Source: Vezdaea acicularis
Lineage: Eukaryota
Direction: 5' to 3'
NCBI GenBank assembly: GCA_026025075.1
Contig: JAPEUI010000002.1
Location: forward strand, 1-64,000
DNA length: 64,000 nucleotides
The position numbers were made by a program, and so were the translations under genes. Below, one piece after another: positions 1 through 11,803 of the stretch. The notes beneath the pieces are model-generated. The model ran no database searches and was not told where the DNA came from. It saw nothing but the letters and a program-made list of their open reading frames with translations. Position 1 is the stretch's first letter. The number at the start of each line of letters is the position of its first letter.

Positions 1-2002
1 AGAATCTTACAGCAGGAAAGCAAGTGGAAGCAAGTGGCGGAAAGATCGTGACACCAGACATGGTGATGGAGAAGGGAACGGAAGGTAACGGATTCACAGT
101 AATCGACCTACCTTCTCGATCCTATGTTCACAATCTTCTTAGTCGGCCGGAATGGTCCGCAAAGGAGGTAATGACCAATGTTGGAGTTTTCGTCTGGATT
201 TTGGGACCTGGCGTCGTTCAAGACCCTGCGATTCAGAACTTCATCAAGGAAACGGAGCATGTGAAGCACATAATTACATCTCCCGAAGTCTGCCCGAACT
301 TTATCGCGTTCACTTCATCTGCAGCGGCCTCAACACGTCTTAGTAAATTGGATCCCAGCAGGTACACGATTCCGATCTATGATAACAGGGAATCCATGCC
401 CTTATGGCGGGCTCTTTCGATATCCACTGAAAGTCAGAAGGGCTATGGATATCAGACTCCAACGCCGCGAATGGAAGTAGGCTTGCAACCGAAAATCGAA
501 GTTAAGACTGACTTTCAGCCGGTGAACACGGCCGAAGTGCTTGCAGAGATGGATAAGGAAGTGCTAAAGCTTGGAGAGGACGCTCGACAGAGCCTCCTTG
601 GCTCAGAGAAGCTAGAAGAGCTACGCAAGCTGCAAGAAGATTTACCGAGCCAGGATGCAGAGATCATCGCGTTCGGCACCGGCTCAGCAATTCCGTCCAA
701 TTACAGGAATGTCTCAGGCACGCTCCTCCGCATTCCAGGTCGCGGGTCCTATCTGTTTGACTGCGGGGAAAACACACTGGGTCAGATGCGAAGAACCTTC
801 TCCGAGGTCCAGCTGAGGGAGGTTCTGAGAGATCTGAGATGTATCTGGATCAGCCATCTCCACGCGGATCATCATCTGGGAACCATCTCTGTGATTAAGG
901 CTTGGCATGACGAAGTGCATGGTGAAGGCGAGAGCTCTAAAACGCAACAAGTAGGCGGGCTGGATGCTCTGAGGTACGACGGACGGCTGTTTGTCATCTC
1001 TGACAAGGCGATGGGACAGTGGCTGGGCGAGTACTCCTCCGTCGAGGACTATGGTTATGAGAAGATCGTTCCTCTCCACATCACCAACAACACCGTATAC
1101 AGTGGCTCGAAGCTATCTCTTGTGAAAGCAATCCCCGTCGCAGGACCAAGCATGGAGCAAGGGATAGAGTGAGTCCCCGGTCCGCCCGTCATTGCGAAGC
1201 ATTCCTAACCACTAACCCTCCCTCCAGCCACGAAGCCGTCTTCTCCGCCATGCGCTGCTCTGACATCCAAGCCGTCGCCATCGACCACTGCAACGGCGCC
1301 AAAGCCGTCTCCTTCACCTGGCCCGACGGCTTCAAATTCTCCTATAGCGGCGACGGCCGGCCCTGCAAGCCCTTCATCCGCATCGGCCAGCACTCTACCG
1401 TCCTCCTCCACGAAGCCACCTTTGACGACGAACTGCACAACGAGGCGCTCCAAAAGAAACACTCAACCACCAGCGAAGCCCTTGCCGTCGCCAAAGGCAT
1501 GCACGCCCGTCGCGTCCTGCTCACCCATTTCAGTCAGCGCTACCCTAAGTTTCCCGTCTTTGACGGGATTGATACGAGGCTTGCGCAGCTGGAAGCGGAT
1601 CTGGCTCGTGAAGAGAACGCAGAGAATGACAACGACAACAACAACATCGACCCAGCCGACTCGGCGACCCACCACCACACCACCACCTCCCCCCCTGCCG
1701 CCCTCACACGCTTCACCCACGACCCCGCCTCGGACATGAAAGTCGGCGTCATGTTCGACTACATGCGCGTCCGCGTCGGCGAGATCGCGCATTTAGAAGC
1801 ATTCACGCCCGCCTTGCGGAGGCTCTGCGAGAGCATCGAGGAGGGCGAGGCGAAAGTCGAGCGTAAGCAAGTGGTGGAGGAGGATGAGCGGCTGGGGAAG
1901 GGGAAGGGCGGGAAGAAGAGTAAGCAGGGGAAAGCTGGGTCGATGGCTTCGGTGCCTGGAGAGGCGGGTGCGGCGGCGGCGATGGCTGGGGGAGCGGAAT
2001 AG
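1..2002 (+). CDS. TRZ1: tRNase Z (ELAC2/Trz1 long form), 3' part; 5' end lies outside the window. Exons <1..1168, 1228..2002
   Basis: PxKxRN-like loop GTGSAIPSNYRNVS, DCGE motif, HxHxDH (ISHLHADHHLG), YSGD, HEATF, HST and LTHFSQRYPK. A 59-nt intron GTGAGT(1169)..CTAAC..CAG(1227) joins the two ORFs in frame. Confidence 0.95.
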
Positions 2003-2353
2003 GGGTAGGCGGGTGGTGGTGGTGATTGTGTATATTAGTGATCAGCTCCCCGTTTAGAGCGGTGCTGGCTTTGACACCGATAGTGATGGCCGTGGGAGCG
2101 GGGTAGGGCTGGACTTGTCGTCGTCGTAGTGGTAGGAGTAGTGTTGCTGCTGTATATTACTGTACTATACCCCCCCCCCCCTCCCTCACAAAGCACGAAC
2201 CTCGTCCATCCATCCGTCCCTCTAATCCATTCCACCCCCCCCCACCCTCCCTTTGTCCCCACCTTCCCAGCACGGACCAGTGACCCGACAAACCGACCAA
2301 CCGACAAACCGAGCACCCCCCCAAAAACCCCTCCTGGACCTCAAACGCAAGTA

Positions 2354-2586
2354 CACGAGGTATGGCCTATGTCTGTTCCGCTAAGACGTGGCGTCCGGTT
2401 TTTGCGATACTTCAGCACCACGACCACAGATGCGATCAGAATTTAAAAACTTACAGAGATATCTTACGATAGAATAGGATGTCTTCTGCCATTCATAAAA
2501 TTGTTTGACGTGGAAAGGTGGACGGTGGGAAATCGGTAAAATCGGACGCCACGTCTTGGCGGAACAGACATAGGCCCTACCCCGTG
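2354..2586. mobile_element. Putative MITE (233 bp) with ~49-bp terminal inverted repeats and TA target-site duplication
   Basis: Left arm CACGAGGTATGGCCTATGTCTGTTCCGCTAAGACGTGGCGTCCGGTTTT matches the reverse complement of the right arm (2538-2586) with 4 mismatches. TA at 2352-2353 and 2587-2588. No coding capacity. Confidence 0.7.
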
Positions 2587-2820
2587 TACGTCGGAAAACA
2601 AAGGAAGAAAGCAAGGGGGAATGATTAAACTTGACTTAGCCACGTCCACGTCCGCATTCAAGACCACTTTTTTCCAGCGCAGAGAGATGATGGAGAGGAA
2701 GGGAAAGAAAAGTGAGTGAGTGAGACTGGAGATATGTGAAGGAAGCATTACGCGAAGAGGATGCTACGACGTAGTTTGGGACGTTAGAGTAGAGGGATGG
2801 AGAGATGGACGGCGGGGGCG

Positions 2821-2821
<1 letters not shown>

Positions 2822-2852
<31 letters not shown>
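2822..2852. repeat. Poly-G homopolymer (~31 G)
   Basis: Read directly; lies in the intergenic region between the convergent TRZ1 and BNI4 genes. Confidence 0.9.
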
Positions 2853-2853
<1 letters not shown>

Positions 2854-3545
2854 GGTTACGAAAGCGAGAGCTGGCCAAAAAAAAGGGGAGATGAGTAAGG
2901 GCCCGCTCGCTCATCTTTCAAAAGAGTGGTGCGGACCGACGGACATCAGCATCAGCACGAGCAAGTCAGTAGATGAATAGACGCAACATTCGAAGCGCAA
3001 TGCCATCCATTCTGTACATGGTCCGGTTCGCAAAAGAATCTCTCTGGAAATGCAAGGGATGAGAAGCAAAGAAAATGGAGAGAAAAAGTAGCACCAGATT
3101 AGCCACTCGCACAGAAAATGGACCAGCACAACGACCCTCCCACCCCCCCACCCCCCCCCTTTTTTTCGAATATTCCACCGCAATTGCAACAGGTCTCCCA
3201 GACACACCAAGCCACCCGATGCCTACCCATGAGAAATCCCAAAGAGCACGCACTTGCTGGCCGCGCTCACCCGATTCGTGCTCCCCACAAGTCTCGAGAG
3301 CAAATGAAAAGATGAAGACACCGAAATACCCAGGGTCTGCCGAATAAACACCGGAAGGAAACAAGGACGGATTTGAAAATGCAACGATTCGCTGGAAGAA
3401 TGCTCGCGCACGAGGAATGCTGAAAGCAGAGTACAGCTTCAAATATGCCTGGCTTTAGAGGGAACGTCGTAAAGGAAGAAATTATATCGTGAATGCCGGC
3501 GTAGAATGCGAAAATCTCCTCGGGACGCCTCGGTCGTAAAGATCA

Positions 3546-6213
3546 TTAGAAGAAATGTGTGTAAACCTTGGACTGCTCATGAACTTCCATTTCCTAGGAG
3601 AAGGGTTAGCACCGAGTACGAATGACTCAAGGGGTGATGCCTTACCATTTTGAAGGTGTTCAGCTCTTCCTTGATCTGCTGAGCCAGCATGGGAGTGAGA
3701 CGATTGCATGTTGCAATCTCCCCCCTCCGGTCGTATTCCATGCTTGGCCAAGTATCGTGGAATTGGATTCGAGGACTGAAGCTGACGTTGTATTTCGAGA
3801 TAGCTCCCATGCTCCTTGTCTCTGCATTGGCGTTGAGCTTTGGATTAGTCATGAAATAGTCCTCGCCTTCGATGGCGACAGAGTCGGTTCGTCTATGCCC
3901 ATGAGCAGGCCGTTCACTGCGGGGCGTGCTCGGAGCACTCGAACCCGGGGTATCATTGACATGGGGAATTTGGGGAAGATTAAAATCCATCGTCTTATCA
4001 GCTGGGCGAGTGACAGGTGATGAATTGCCTGATTCGGTTCCAGACCCTTTTTAGATTGTCAGCAGAGAACACTCAGACGAGAGGATATATCTTCACTTAC
4101 GTTTCAGGATGCCTTTCTTGACGGCAGCCAAGACTTCCGCCCTTTCCTTCTCTCCTCCCACAATACTTCGACGTGGCCGTACATCGTCGCTTGTGTTGCC
4201 GTCTGTAGACGAGCCTTGTACACCACCGGTAGCGTTGGCTGCGTCTAGCGAGTTCCTCTCAAGTCTCGGGAAGCCAGTTCCACCACCAACTTGATCGTGA
4301 GGATTGGCGTTCACATTGACCTTCTCCCGTTCCGCTTCTACAGTGACCATGGACACTTGAGCGGTGCTCGCCTCCGGGATAGCCGAATCCATAGGAGGCA
4401 CTCCGACAACCGACTTGGGTCGGAACAAGCCCACGAGAGACCGAGTGGACTTCTTCATCCCCTTGCCCATCTTACGAATCATGACAGATGCAGATGAAGC
4501 GGTTGATGAGATTGACAGGTTGTCAGTAGAGCCCGTGAAGAAATGACCCTGGCCAGAGTAGATGCTTTCACCAATCCCACCTTCCTCCTGCTTCTGAGCG
4601 ATTGCCGCTTGTTCTGCCTCCTGCTCCTCTTGGAATCTCTCTTTCCTCAACCTAGCCCGCTCCTGGGACGCCTGATTGTTCATACTGTTCTCGGCGGAAG
4701 CACGTCGCAGCTCTGCAGCAGAGCCAAATGAGAAAGCTCTTCGAAGGCGAGACTTGACACCTTTCTTGGTATCTTTGTCGGTGAGGGCCGCGAGCTGCTG
4801 AGCAGCAGGGCTTTCCAGGCCGTCTTGGCGGACAGATGAAGTTGGAGGCGGGGGCGAACTCTTCTTGGGTGTAGAGGGTCTATTGACGGGTTTAGATTGT
4901 TCGGGAGACGGTGCCACAGGCCTCGAGAGCGGAGATGGGCCCGTGAGTCGCTTGTTGGCATCAGATGATCCACGTGGGGGGATGTTGACCAATTTAGGCT
5001 CGTTCCTAGCCACGGGCTTGGATTGCAATGCAGCAGCATAGCTCATTGGAGCTGTTTGTTCCTGTTTGACCTAGCGACTGTCAGCAAGTCATGTTGATGT
5101 TTCTGAGGACGGAGTCATCATCCTTACCGAAGTAGCCTGGGAAAGCTTTACAGAGTTTTGGCTTTCAGCACTACCATTACGTCCGTGTGAAGATGCCGGA
5201 CGAGCACTCTGTGGTATTTGTCTAGCGGTAGGCACAGCTGGGGATGATGATGACGGCCCAGAAGGTCGAGGTCTAGCAACTGGTGCAGCAGGGACATTGT
5301 CGTATTCGGCAGCATTGAGGCTACTAATACTACGACGACGGTATCTTTGGGCAGCGTCTTGACCGCTTTGACGGTACAGTTGGATGTCATCCACCGTGGC
5401 CGCTCTCATCTGACCGGCGTAGCCCATCGGCGTACGACGACCGGAAGGTAAGGAGCCTGCCACAGAGGCATACGTTTGAAGCGAAGGCGAGCTACTCGCT
5501 TGCGTGGGATGATTGTATAGGTGTCTCACCGTAGCCATTCCAGAGCCTGAGGGCATAGCAGATCCGGCTAGGGCAGGGTTCTGCTGCGGATTGGCGGGTG
5601 GATTATTTTCTGGTCGTCGTTGCACACGACGATAACGGTCAGGAGATGGTTTAGCGGCCCCAGCAGGGCTACCAGTCTGCATTCCAGACACAGGAGCCGT
5701 GAGATTAATGCTTGACAGAGGCCGGGCAGGTCGGTTGGTGATGGGACGAGCATTTGGTAGAGAGGAGTCATCCTTCGACATGCCTGGGGTTGACGAAGCC
5801 GAAGAAGAACTCGTCGAGACGGACGCGTTCTGTGGGTAATGTTGCCGACCGGGGCCACCACCGTTTGTACTGTTCATTGCACCTCCATTAGAGACTGGCA
5901 TGGACGACAGAGGTCGATTCTCCGGACGATATTGTGATTGGGGCTGTTGTTGAGCTCCGCCCGCCGTGGCCGGCGTGGAGGTGAAGGCGTAGGGAGCGGT
6001 CGCTGCGTGGGAAGCATTGCCACGATAGGAGGTGTTGATGGGAGTATTGATGGGCGTATTGTACACGTTACGAGGCATCGGAGATGACCTGGACGATGAT
6101 TGTGAAGGCTGCGATGGAGAGGGAGCGGCAAACGAGGTGCCAGGCGAAGACGATGGACGCATGAGAGCAGTGGATGAAGGAGGGAAAGAAGATAACGATT
6201 GGACGAGTGCCAT
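3546..6213 (-). CDS. BNI4: Bni4-like PP1-targeting/bud-neck protein. Exons 6213..5128, 5070..4101, 4046..3646, 3593..3546
   Basis: C-terminal Bni4/phactr-type block (KKGILK..VSFSPRIQFHDTWPSMEYDRRGEIATCNRLTPMLAQQIKEELNTFKMEMEVHEQSKVYTHFF*). Three GT-AG introns (57, 54, 52 nt) checked in frame. S/P/Q-rich N-terminus. Confidence 0.85.
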
Positions 6214-6430
6214 GATCCTCGGCGACTCAGCAGGAGACTACCGTCGGGCAGCCAACAAAGTGAAGTGAAAAGGAAAAAGCCAAAAAGAGGCAGCTGGACG
6301 ATGGGGATGAAAGGAAGACGAGAGGGAGAGGAAGGTCGGATGGGGGCGATGGTTGGATGAAAGGAGAGGGAAGGGCTCGTGGATGGGAGAGGCTATCTCG
6401 ACGGGCCAGTCGGAATGGAGCGTGCGCGGT

Positions 6431-6466
6431 AGTGGTGGTGGTGGTTGCTGCTGCTGCTGCTGCTGC
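6431..6466. repeat. Compound (GGT)n/(GCT)n microsatellite upstream of BNI4
   Basis: agtggtggtggtggttgctgctgctgctgctgctgc, read directly. Confidence 0.8.
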
Positions 6467-7687
6467 GTCGGCGTGGTGCGAACGGTGGTGGAGAGCTTAG
6501 GGGGCTTGCTCGTTCCAGTTCGGCCTAAGCGGGTGCAGCAGCATTGGCGGCGGCGCAAAAAGGCCGGCGAATTTCCGGGGCAGACGGGGGGAGGGAGGGG
6601 GGGAGAGGGCAGCGGCTGTGTGTGGGCGAGGGCGAGGCAGAGGGCGGATGTGGAGGTCGAGGTGGATATGGCCTAAGTGACGGGCGCGACACTAAAGAGA
6701 AGGATTTGAGTCGGCAAAAACGCAACGACGCAATCTCATCTTGGGTCGTCAAGAATGCTCAATTCGCAATGCAGTTGCAGTCGCCGTCGCCGTCGTGGTC
6801 GCGGGGGTTATTATCTCAGGACTGGAGAATGCAGCGCACGCACGCCCAATCCGCGGCCAGCGCCGTTTCAGACCAGCGGACGGACGGACGGACAGGAGGG
6901 GGGGAGATGGCACGACCGCGAGCGTATATTGCAAACTCCATTCCTGCAATTCGATTAGATACTTTGGCACTTTGCTACTTGATACCGTGATATGAGCAGC
7001 AGCAGCACAACACTCCATCGAAGGCTTCATGGCGAGGGCGATGGAGGGGTATACGAGGGCGACGCGGCCGCGAGACGGAAAGGAAGCGGATGGCCGAGGC
7101 GGAGTGGAGCTGGTGGAGCAATGGGAGCGTTGGGAAGGAGCGACGCCGACGGGGTTCGTCTCGTCTGGGTCGGTCGCGCTGTCCTGTCTCGGTCTGTGTC
7201 TCTGGCGCTGCTTCCTCGTCCTCTGCGTGCTTTCCCTTTTTCCCTTTTCCCATGTGCATTAATATCATGTGAAATGCACGGCCGCTCAGGCCATAATTCC
7301 GGCATTATCGCTGATTGGTGATGCGCCCCATTTATAGCTGCCCTGCCCTGCCCGCCGCCCGCCAATGCGGCTTAGCCCCACGCACGCCGAACGGCCATCG
7401 CGTCGCCCGCCGATCTGCCTCCCGTGCCCGGATCGCTGGACGTGAAAAGTGTACCGAGAAAAAGCGGCGGACCCTGATCTTTTTCTTCGTGCTCTAAAAT
7501 CCTCTAACTGTAGCCCCGGCTGTGGTTCGGACGCAGCAAGCGTGTTGCTAGAGACTTCCTCTGTTAGACGTACCGTGGTAGCCACGCTGAAGTCGACATT
7601 ATTCTGCGTCAATTAATCGGCGGCCGGGCGAGGCCTTTCCTGCGCCGAGTCCGACGACCGCCGCATTCCACATCTCATATATGCAAC

Positions 7688-9515
7688 ATGACGACGGCAT
7701 CCCCGCTCGAGCCACGCCTGCCCTCTCCCCCGAGAGATGAGGCAGCCGAGATAAGACCAGATGGACGGCAGAAGCTGTTCGGCCGGGCTTTCTACGAGAG
7801 TCTGGGGAGTCCGAAGCTGGTGCTTGCGCCAATGGTAGATCAATCGGAATTTGTGCGTTCGTGAGCCTCATCACACGAGCTTCGTCCACCACTAACGGAA
7901 TGCGTAGGCATGGCGCCTGTTGACCCGATCGTTCCTGCCCACCTCGAAATCGAAGGAGCTACTGGCCTACACGCCAATGTTACACGCGCGGATGTTCACC
8001 GAGACGGCCAAATTCCGGGATCATCATTTTCAACCGACGAGACAGTCATTGGACAAGGTGCCCTCGGCCTCTCAGACCTCCGCAGCGTCGGGTTCGAAGC
8101 TGTTCCTCGATGGCAATCCCAAATTCGATCGGCCCCTGACGGTCCAATTCTGTGCCAACGACCCGGATGAGTTTCTACAAGCGGCTCGATATGTCGAGCC
8201 CTTCTGCGATGCCGTCGACCTGAACTTAGGCTGCCCGCAAGGCATAGCCCGAAAGGGCCACTATGGTGCCTTTCTCCAAGAGGACCAAGATCTCATCTAC
8301 AGACTGATCAACCGCCTGCACAAAGACCTCTCCATCCCCGTGACCGCAAAGATGAGGATACTGGAAACCAAAGAGAAGACGCTCGACTACGCCAAAGTCC
8401 TCCTCTCGGCAGGCGCGAGCATCATCACAGTCCACGGCCGTCAACGAGACCAGAAAGGGCACAAGACGGGCCTGGCCGACTGGAGCGTCATCCGGTACCT
8501 ACGAGAGAACCTGCCCCTAGACACCGTCATCTTCGCCAACGGCAACATCCTGCGCCACTCCGACATACACGACTGCCTCGAAGCCACCGGCGCCGACGCC
8601 GTCATGAGCGCAGAAGGCAACCTCTACGACCCCTCCATTTTCGCCGCGGCCCCACCCGCCGGCACCACACCCCGCGAATTCTGGCGTGGCCGGGACGGCA
8701 AGGGCGGCTGGCGCATGGACGCCGTCATGCGCCGGTACCTAGACATCATCCACACGTACGTCCTCGAGCAGAAGACACCGGACCGAAAACCGCTCTTTCT
8801 GCCCTCTGACCCCGTCCCCGCACCAACCGACGCAGCCTCTGAAAGCTCGGAAGACAGGGATGGCCAACCCCCCACGAAGAAGCAGAAGCGCGACCAGAAG
8901 CGCGAAAGGGCTCAGAAGGAGACCTCCCCGAATCTCCTCTCCATGCAAGCGCATCTCTTCCACCTCCTGCGCCCCCTCGTTTCCAAACACACCAACGTGC
9001 GCGACGCCCTCGCCCGCTGCCGCGCCGGCGACATCGCCGCCTTCGAGAACGTGCTCACCCTCGTCGAAGCCGCCACTAAGGAGGGCTTACTCGCGTACCA
9101 AGCCCATCCCGAGGCCTTCGAAGCGGACGACGAACCTGTGCTACCAGTTAAGCAGCAGAATGGCAATGCGCCTGTTCCGCTAGACGAGTCCTCGGTCGAG
9201 ACCGTGCGTTTGGTCAGGCGGCCCTGGTGGGTCGTTCAGCCGTATGTCAGACCCCTACCGAAGGAGGCGCTGCTCAAGGGCTCCTTGACGCTGAGTAAGA
9301 AGGAGAAGGCGAGGCTTGGGGTGGGGGAGCAGGAGGGAGATAGAGCTGCGCTTGAGCAGAGCGCGAAGGGGAAAGCTGCGGGCGAAGCTGGGGTTGAGGA
9401 AGGGAAGGCCCGGGGTGCCCCCCTTGGGAGATTGTCGGCGGTGGACAAGGGCATGTCTGGCCCTGTTTTGGGGAGTGAGAAGGAAGGTCCGCTGGAGGCT
9501 AAGCTGTTTGCGTAG
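7688..9515 (+). CDS. DUS1: tRNA-dihydrouridine(16/17) synthase. Exons 7688..7852, 7908..9515
   Basis: Upstream exon gives GRAFYESLGSPKLVLAPMVDQSEF. A 55-nt intron (GTGCGT..CTAAC..TAG) leads in frame to AWRLLTR, then YTPM, DRPLTVQF, DLNLGCPQ, TVHGR, ANGNI and MSAEG motifs. Confidence 0.95.
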
Positions 9516-9735
9516 ATGGCTGGTGATGTACTGTACTATATCTACTAAAGCTCCCCGCTCGGCCCGGCCCCGTAACGGTGAATACGACGACACCTCTCAC
9601 AAGAATGGTCGTCTCTATGCATACATACACAGATAACCATTCACCCCATCTCATCCCCTCCCCCCTGCCTAGTTCCCCAAACCCGATCCCCACTGCAAAT
9701 ACGGTATATAGTGCAACTTTGACCCGTGTTGTGTT

Positions 9736-9835
9736 ACATTCGACCATAGGTAGTGGACAACTGGGCATCCCGTCCGCTCTGCCAGCCATTAGTAGTTGGG
9801 TGGGTGACCACCAGCGAATCCCGGTTGTTGAATGT
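9736..9835 (+). pseudogene. 5S rRNA variant or pseudogene, 100 nt, with a 19-nt internal deletion
   Basis: Nearly identical to the 5S gene at 10119 but lacks AAGCCACTGACCGACCGAT and has 2 substitutions. Keeps upstream TATATA (9705-9710) and a downstream T-run. Confidence 0.85.
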
Positions 9836-10118
9836 GATTTTTTTTCCTTAGGGAAGGAGGGGGGTTGGTTGTGAAGAGTGAGGAAAGGTGATTGGGGGGT
9901 TTCATTTTTTTGTTTGAGGAAAGGGGGAAGAGGGAGAGGGGATGGAAGATGCGTGATGGGAGAATTGAAGGTACTTTGCGTAACAGAGGGTGTCGTGATA
10001 GGGGCGCTTGACTTGTACGGGGCTGGGGAAAACACACAACGCAGCACGACCCGGGTTTAAAGTCTGAGCACGCTCAGGGAGACATGCAATATATTCGAAA
10101 TTGGACACTTAATTTAGC

Positions 10119-10237
10119 ACATTCGACCATAGGTAGTGGAAAACTGGGCATCCCGTCCGCTCTGCCATCCATAAGCCACTGACCGACCGATTAGTAGTTG
10201 GGTGGGTGACCACCAGCGAATCCCGGTTGTTGAATGT
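10119..10237 (+). rRNA. Dispersed 5S rRNA gene (119 nt)
   Basis: Matches the ascomycete 5S consensus (ACATTCGACCATAGG..CCCGTCCGCTC..TAAGCCAC..TTAGTAGTTGGGTGGGTGACCACCAGCGAATCCC..TGTTGAATGT). The 5' and 3' ends pair (helix I). AATATAT near -29 and an oligo-T Pol III terminator at 10240-10247. Confidence 0.97.
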
Positions 10238-11803
10238 TCTTTTTTTTCTCTTGGGTTTTATTCTTCAGAAGATCGGAGAAGGGAGAAGGTCACGTTGGTA
10301 ATGATTCAAAGTGTTTTGGGGGAAAGGGGTTCTGAACGGGGTCAACAGTGAATGCCTTTTTTTTGTAGATCTGTTGTCTGACTTGCGACTTTATACAGTC
10401 CTCTCGCTTGAGGAGAGTTGTACTGCCGCCGCTTGGAGTAAGCGAGGTCGCGGCTGCAACTGTGGGGGCAAGCGACCCTATGGTGGGGTTCAAGTTGGGG
10501 TTCTCCCGTTGTCCAGTCATGCCGCTTTAGGCAATTTTCATGCATCGAGAGACTTTAGCTGTGCGTGCCTTTCTTGACAGTACGCCCGTCTCAGACGATT
10601 CGGCCTCACCCCGGAGTCTCTAGCATGCCTTCATCGAATAGGGCAAGACCTCGCGATATCAATGCGGATAGTGAGGCGGGTGTGCTCCAGTAGTCGGGTT
10701 ACGCCCATCGTCATGCCAAGATCTTCGCGAGGTTTACTAGCATGTAACTAGCATTGACAACCTCATCTCAATAGGGCAAGCTAACCGGAACACAGACTTC
10801 GCCTCCTTTGAGAGATTCTGGCCTGGGGCAGAAGCTAAGCATTTCTCTTGCCAGTCGTCAGGTCCCTGAGAGGTGGAATCCCCGTACTTGTATAGCTCCG
10901 CAAGCCGGGGAAAAGATGGACGCGACAATTGCCCAGTCACAGAGGGTCATCGCGCGAGGCTTTCGGTTGCCTCATTGCTTTCATGCAAGCCACAATCAAC
11001 ACGACAAGCCTTGTCGTGCCCTTTTGCGGCCTTGCCTCTTGTTTTCTGTGTCTTTCCCCCATCACAACCACCAGACTGAAGCTGCTTAATTACCCTTAAA
11101 GAGCTTTGGGTTTGAGCTAGCTCGTCTGTCCAGGGCCGCACGCGAATGAGCACTGAGCCCTTCCAACCGTGGTAAATGGACTGAATCTCCAGGGCGGCCG
11201 GTACATAGCCTTGTCCATCTTATTGCCCCCACCAATGGAATTTCTCTTCGCAATTGTGCCAGCTCAGAGGCCCCACGGTTTGTGTATCCATTACCAGCTA
11301 GCTCCGCATGCCTGAGATTGGTGCTAGCTTACAGAATGGCGCCAGAGGTTTCGCCGCTGGCAGATAAGACGGACATGTCCCACGAGGTGAAACCCACTGA
11401 CCACCCCGGAGCATCAATTGTCATGTAAACTGCCTGGGTTTTATTGAATTCGAAGGCAAGGCCCAGCAAGAACGGAATCGTGAGTGTCGCGACTTCATGT
11501 GCACCTCTACCCTCTAGCCCATGCTAACGAAACTCTTAGCCTTTGTATTCGTCTCGGAGCCGTTTACCTGCAGACGGAGGCTCTACAGCTTACATCTACT
11601 GCACCTGCTGGCTGTGCTTAGCTTCCTTCTCAGCGGTTCCTAAAAGGTGTCGAGGAATTGCCCCTCACTGCATTAAGTTCAATAAAGAGCGGCAGTCAGT
11701 ATAAGTCCTCATCGAAGGTGTTTGCTACGCTAGCGATCATCCCCATTCCGTTACATCGTGGTGCCCCAGTCAATTTTCCACAAGAGAAGTGGGCGCTTGC
11801 TGT

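Noticed and set aside
6238..7612. Many overlapping ORFs between BNI4 and DUS1
   Set aside because: GC-rich, microsatellite-containing leader/promoter DNA that yields spurious ORFs in all frames.
1..10237. Functional clustering of TRZ1, DUS1 and 5S (RNA-maturation genes)
   Set aside because: BNI4 lies between them, dispersed 5S genes are common, and there is no shared regulatory evidence.
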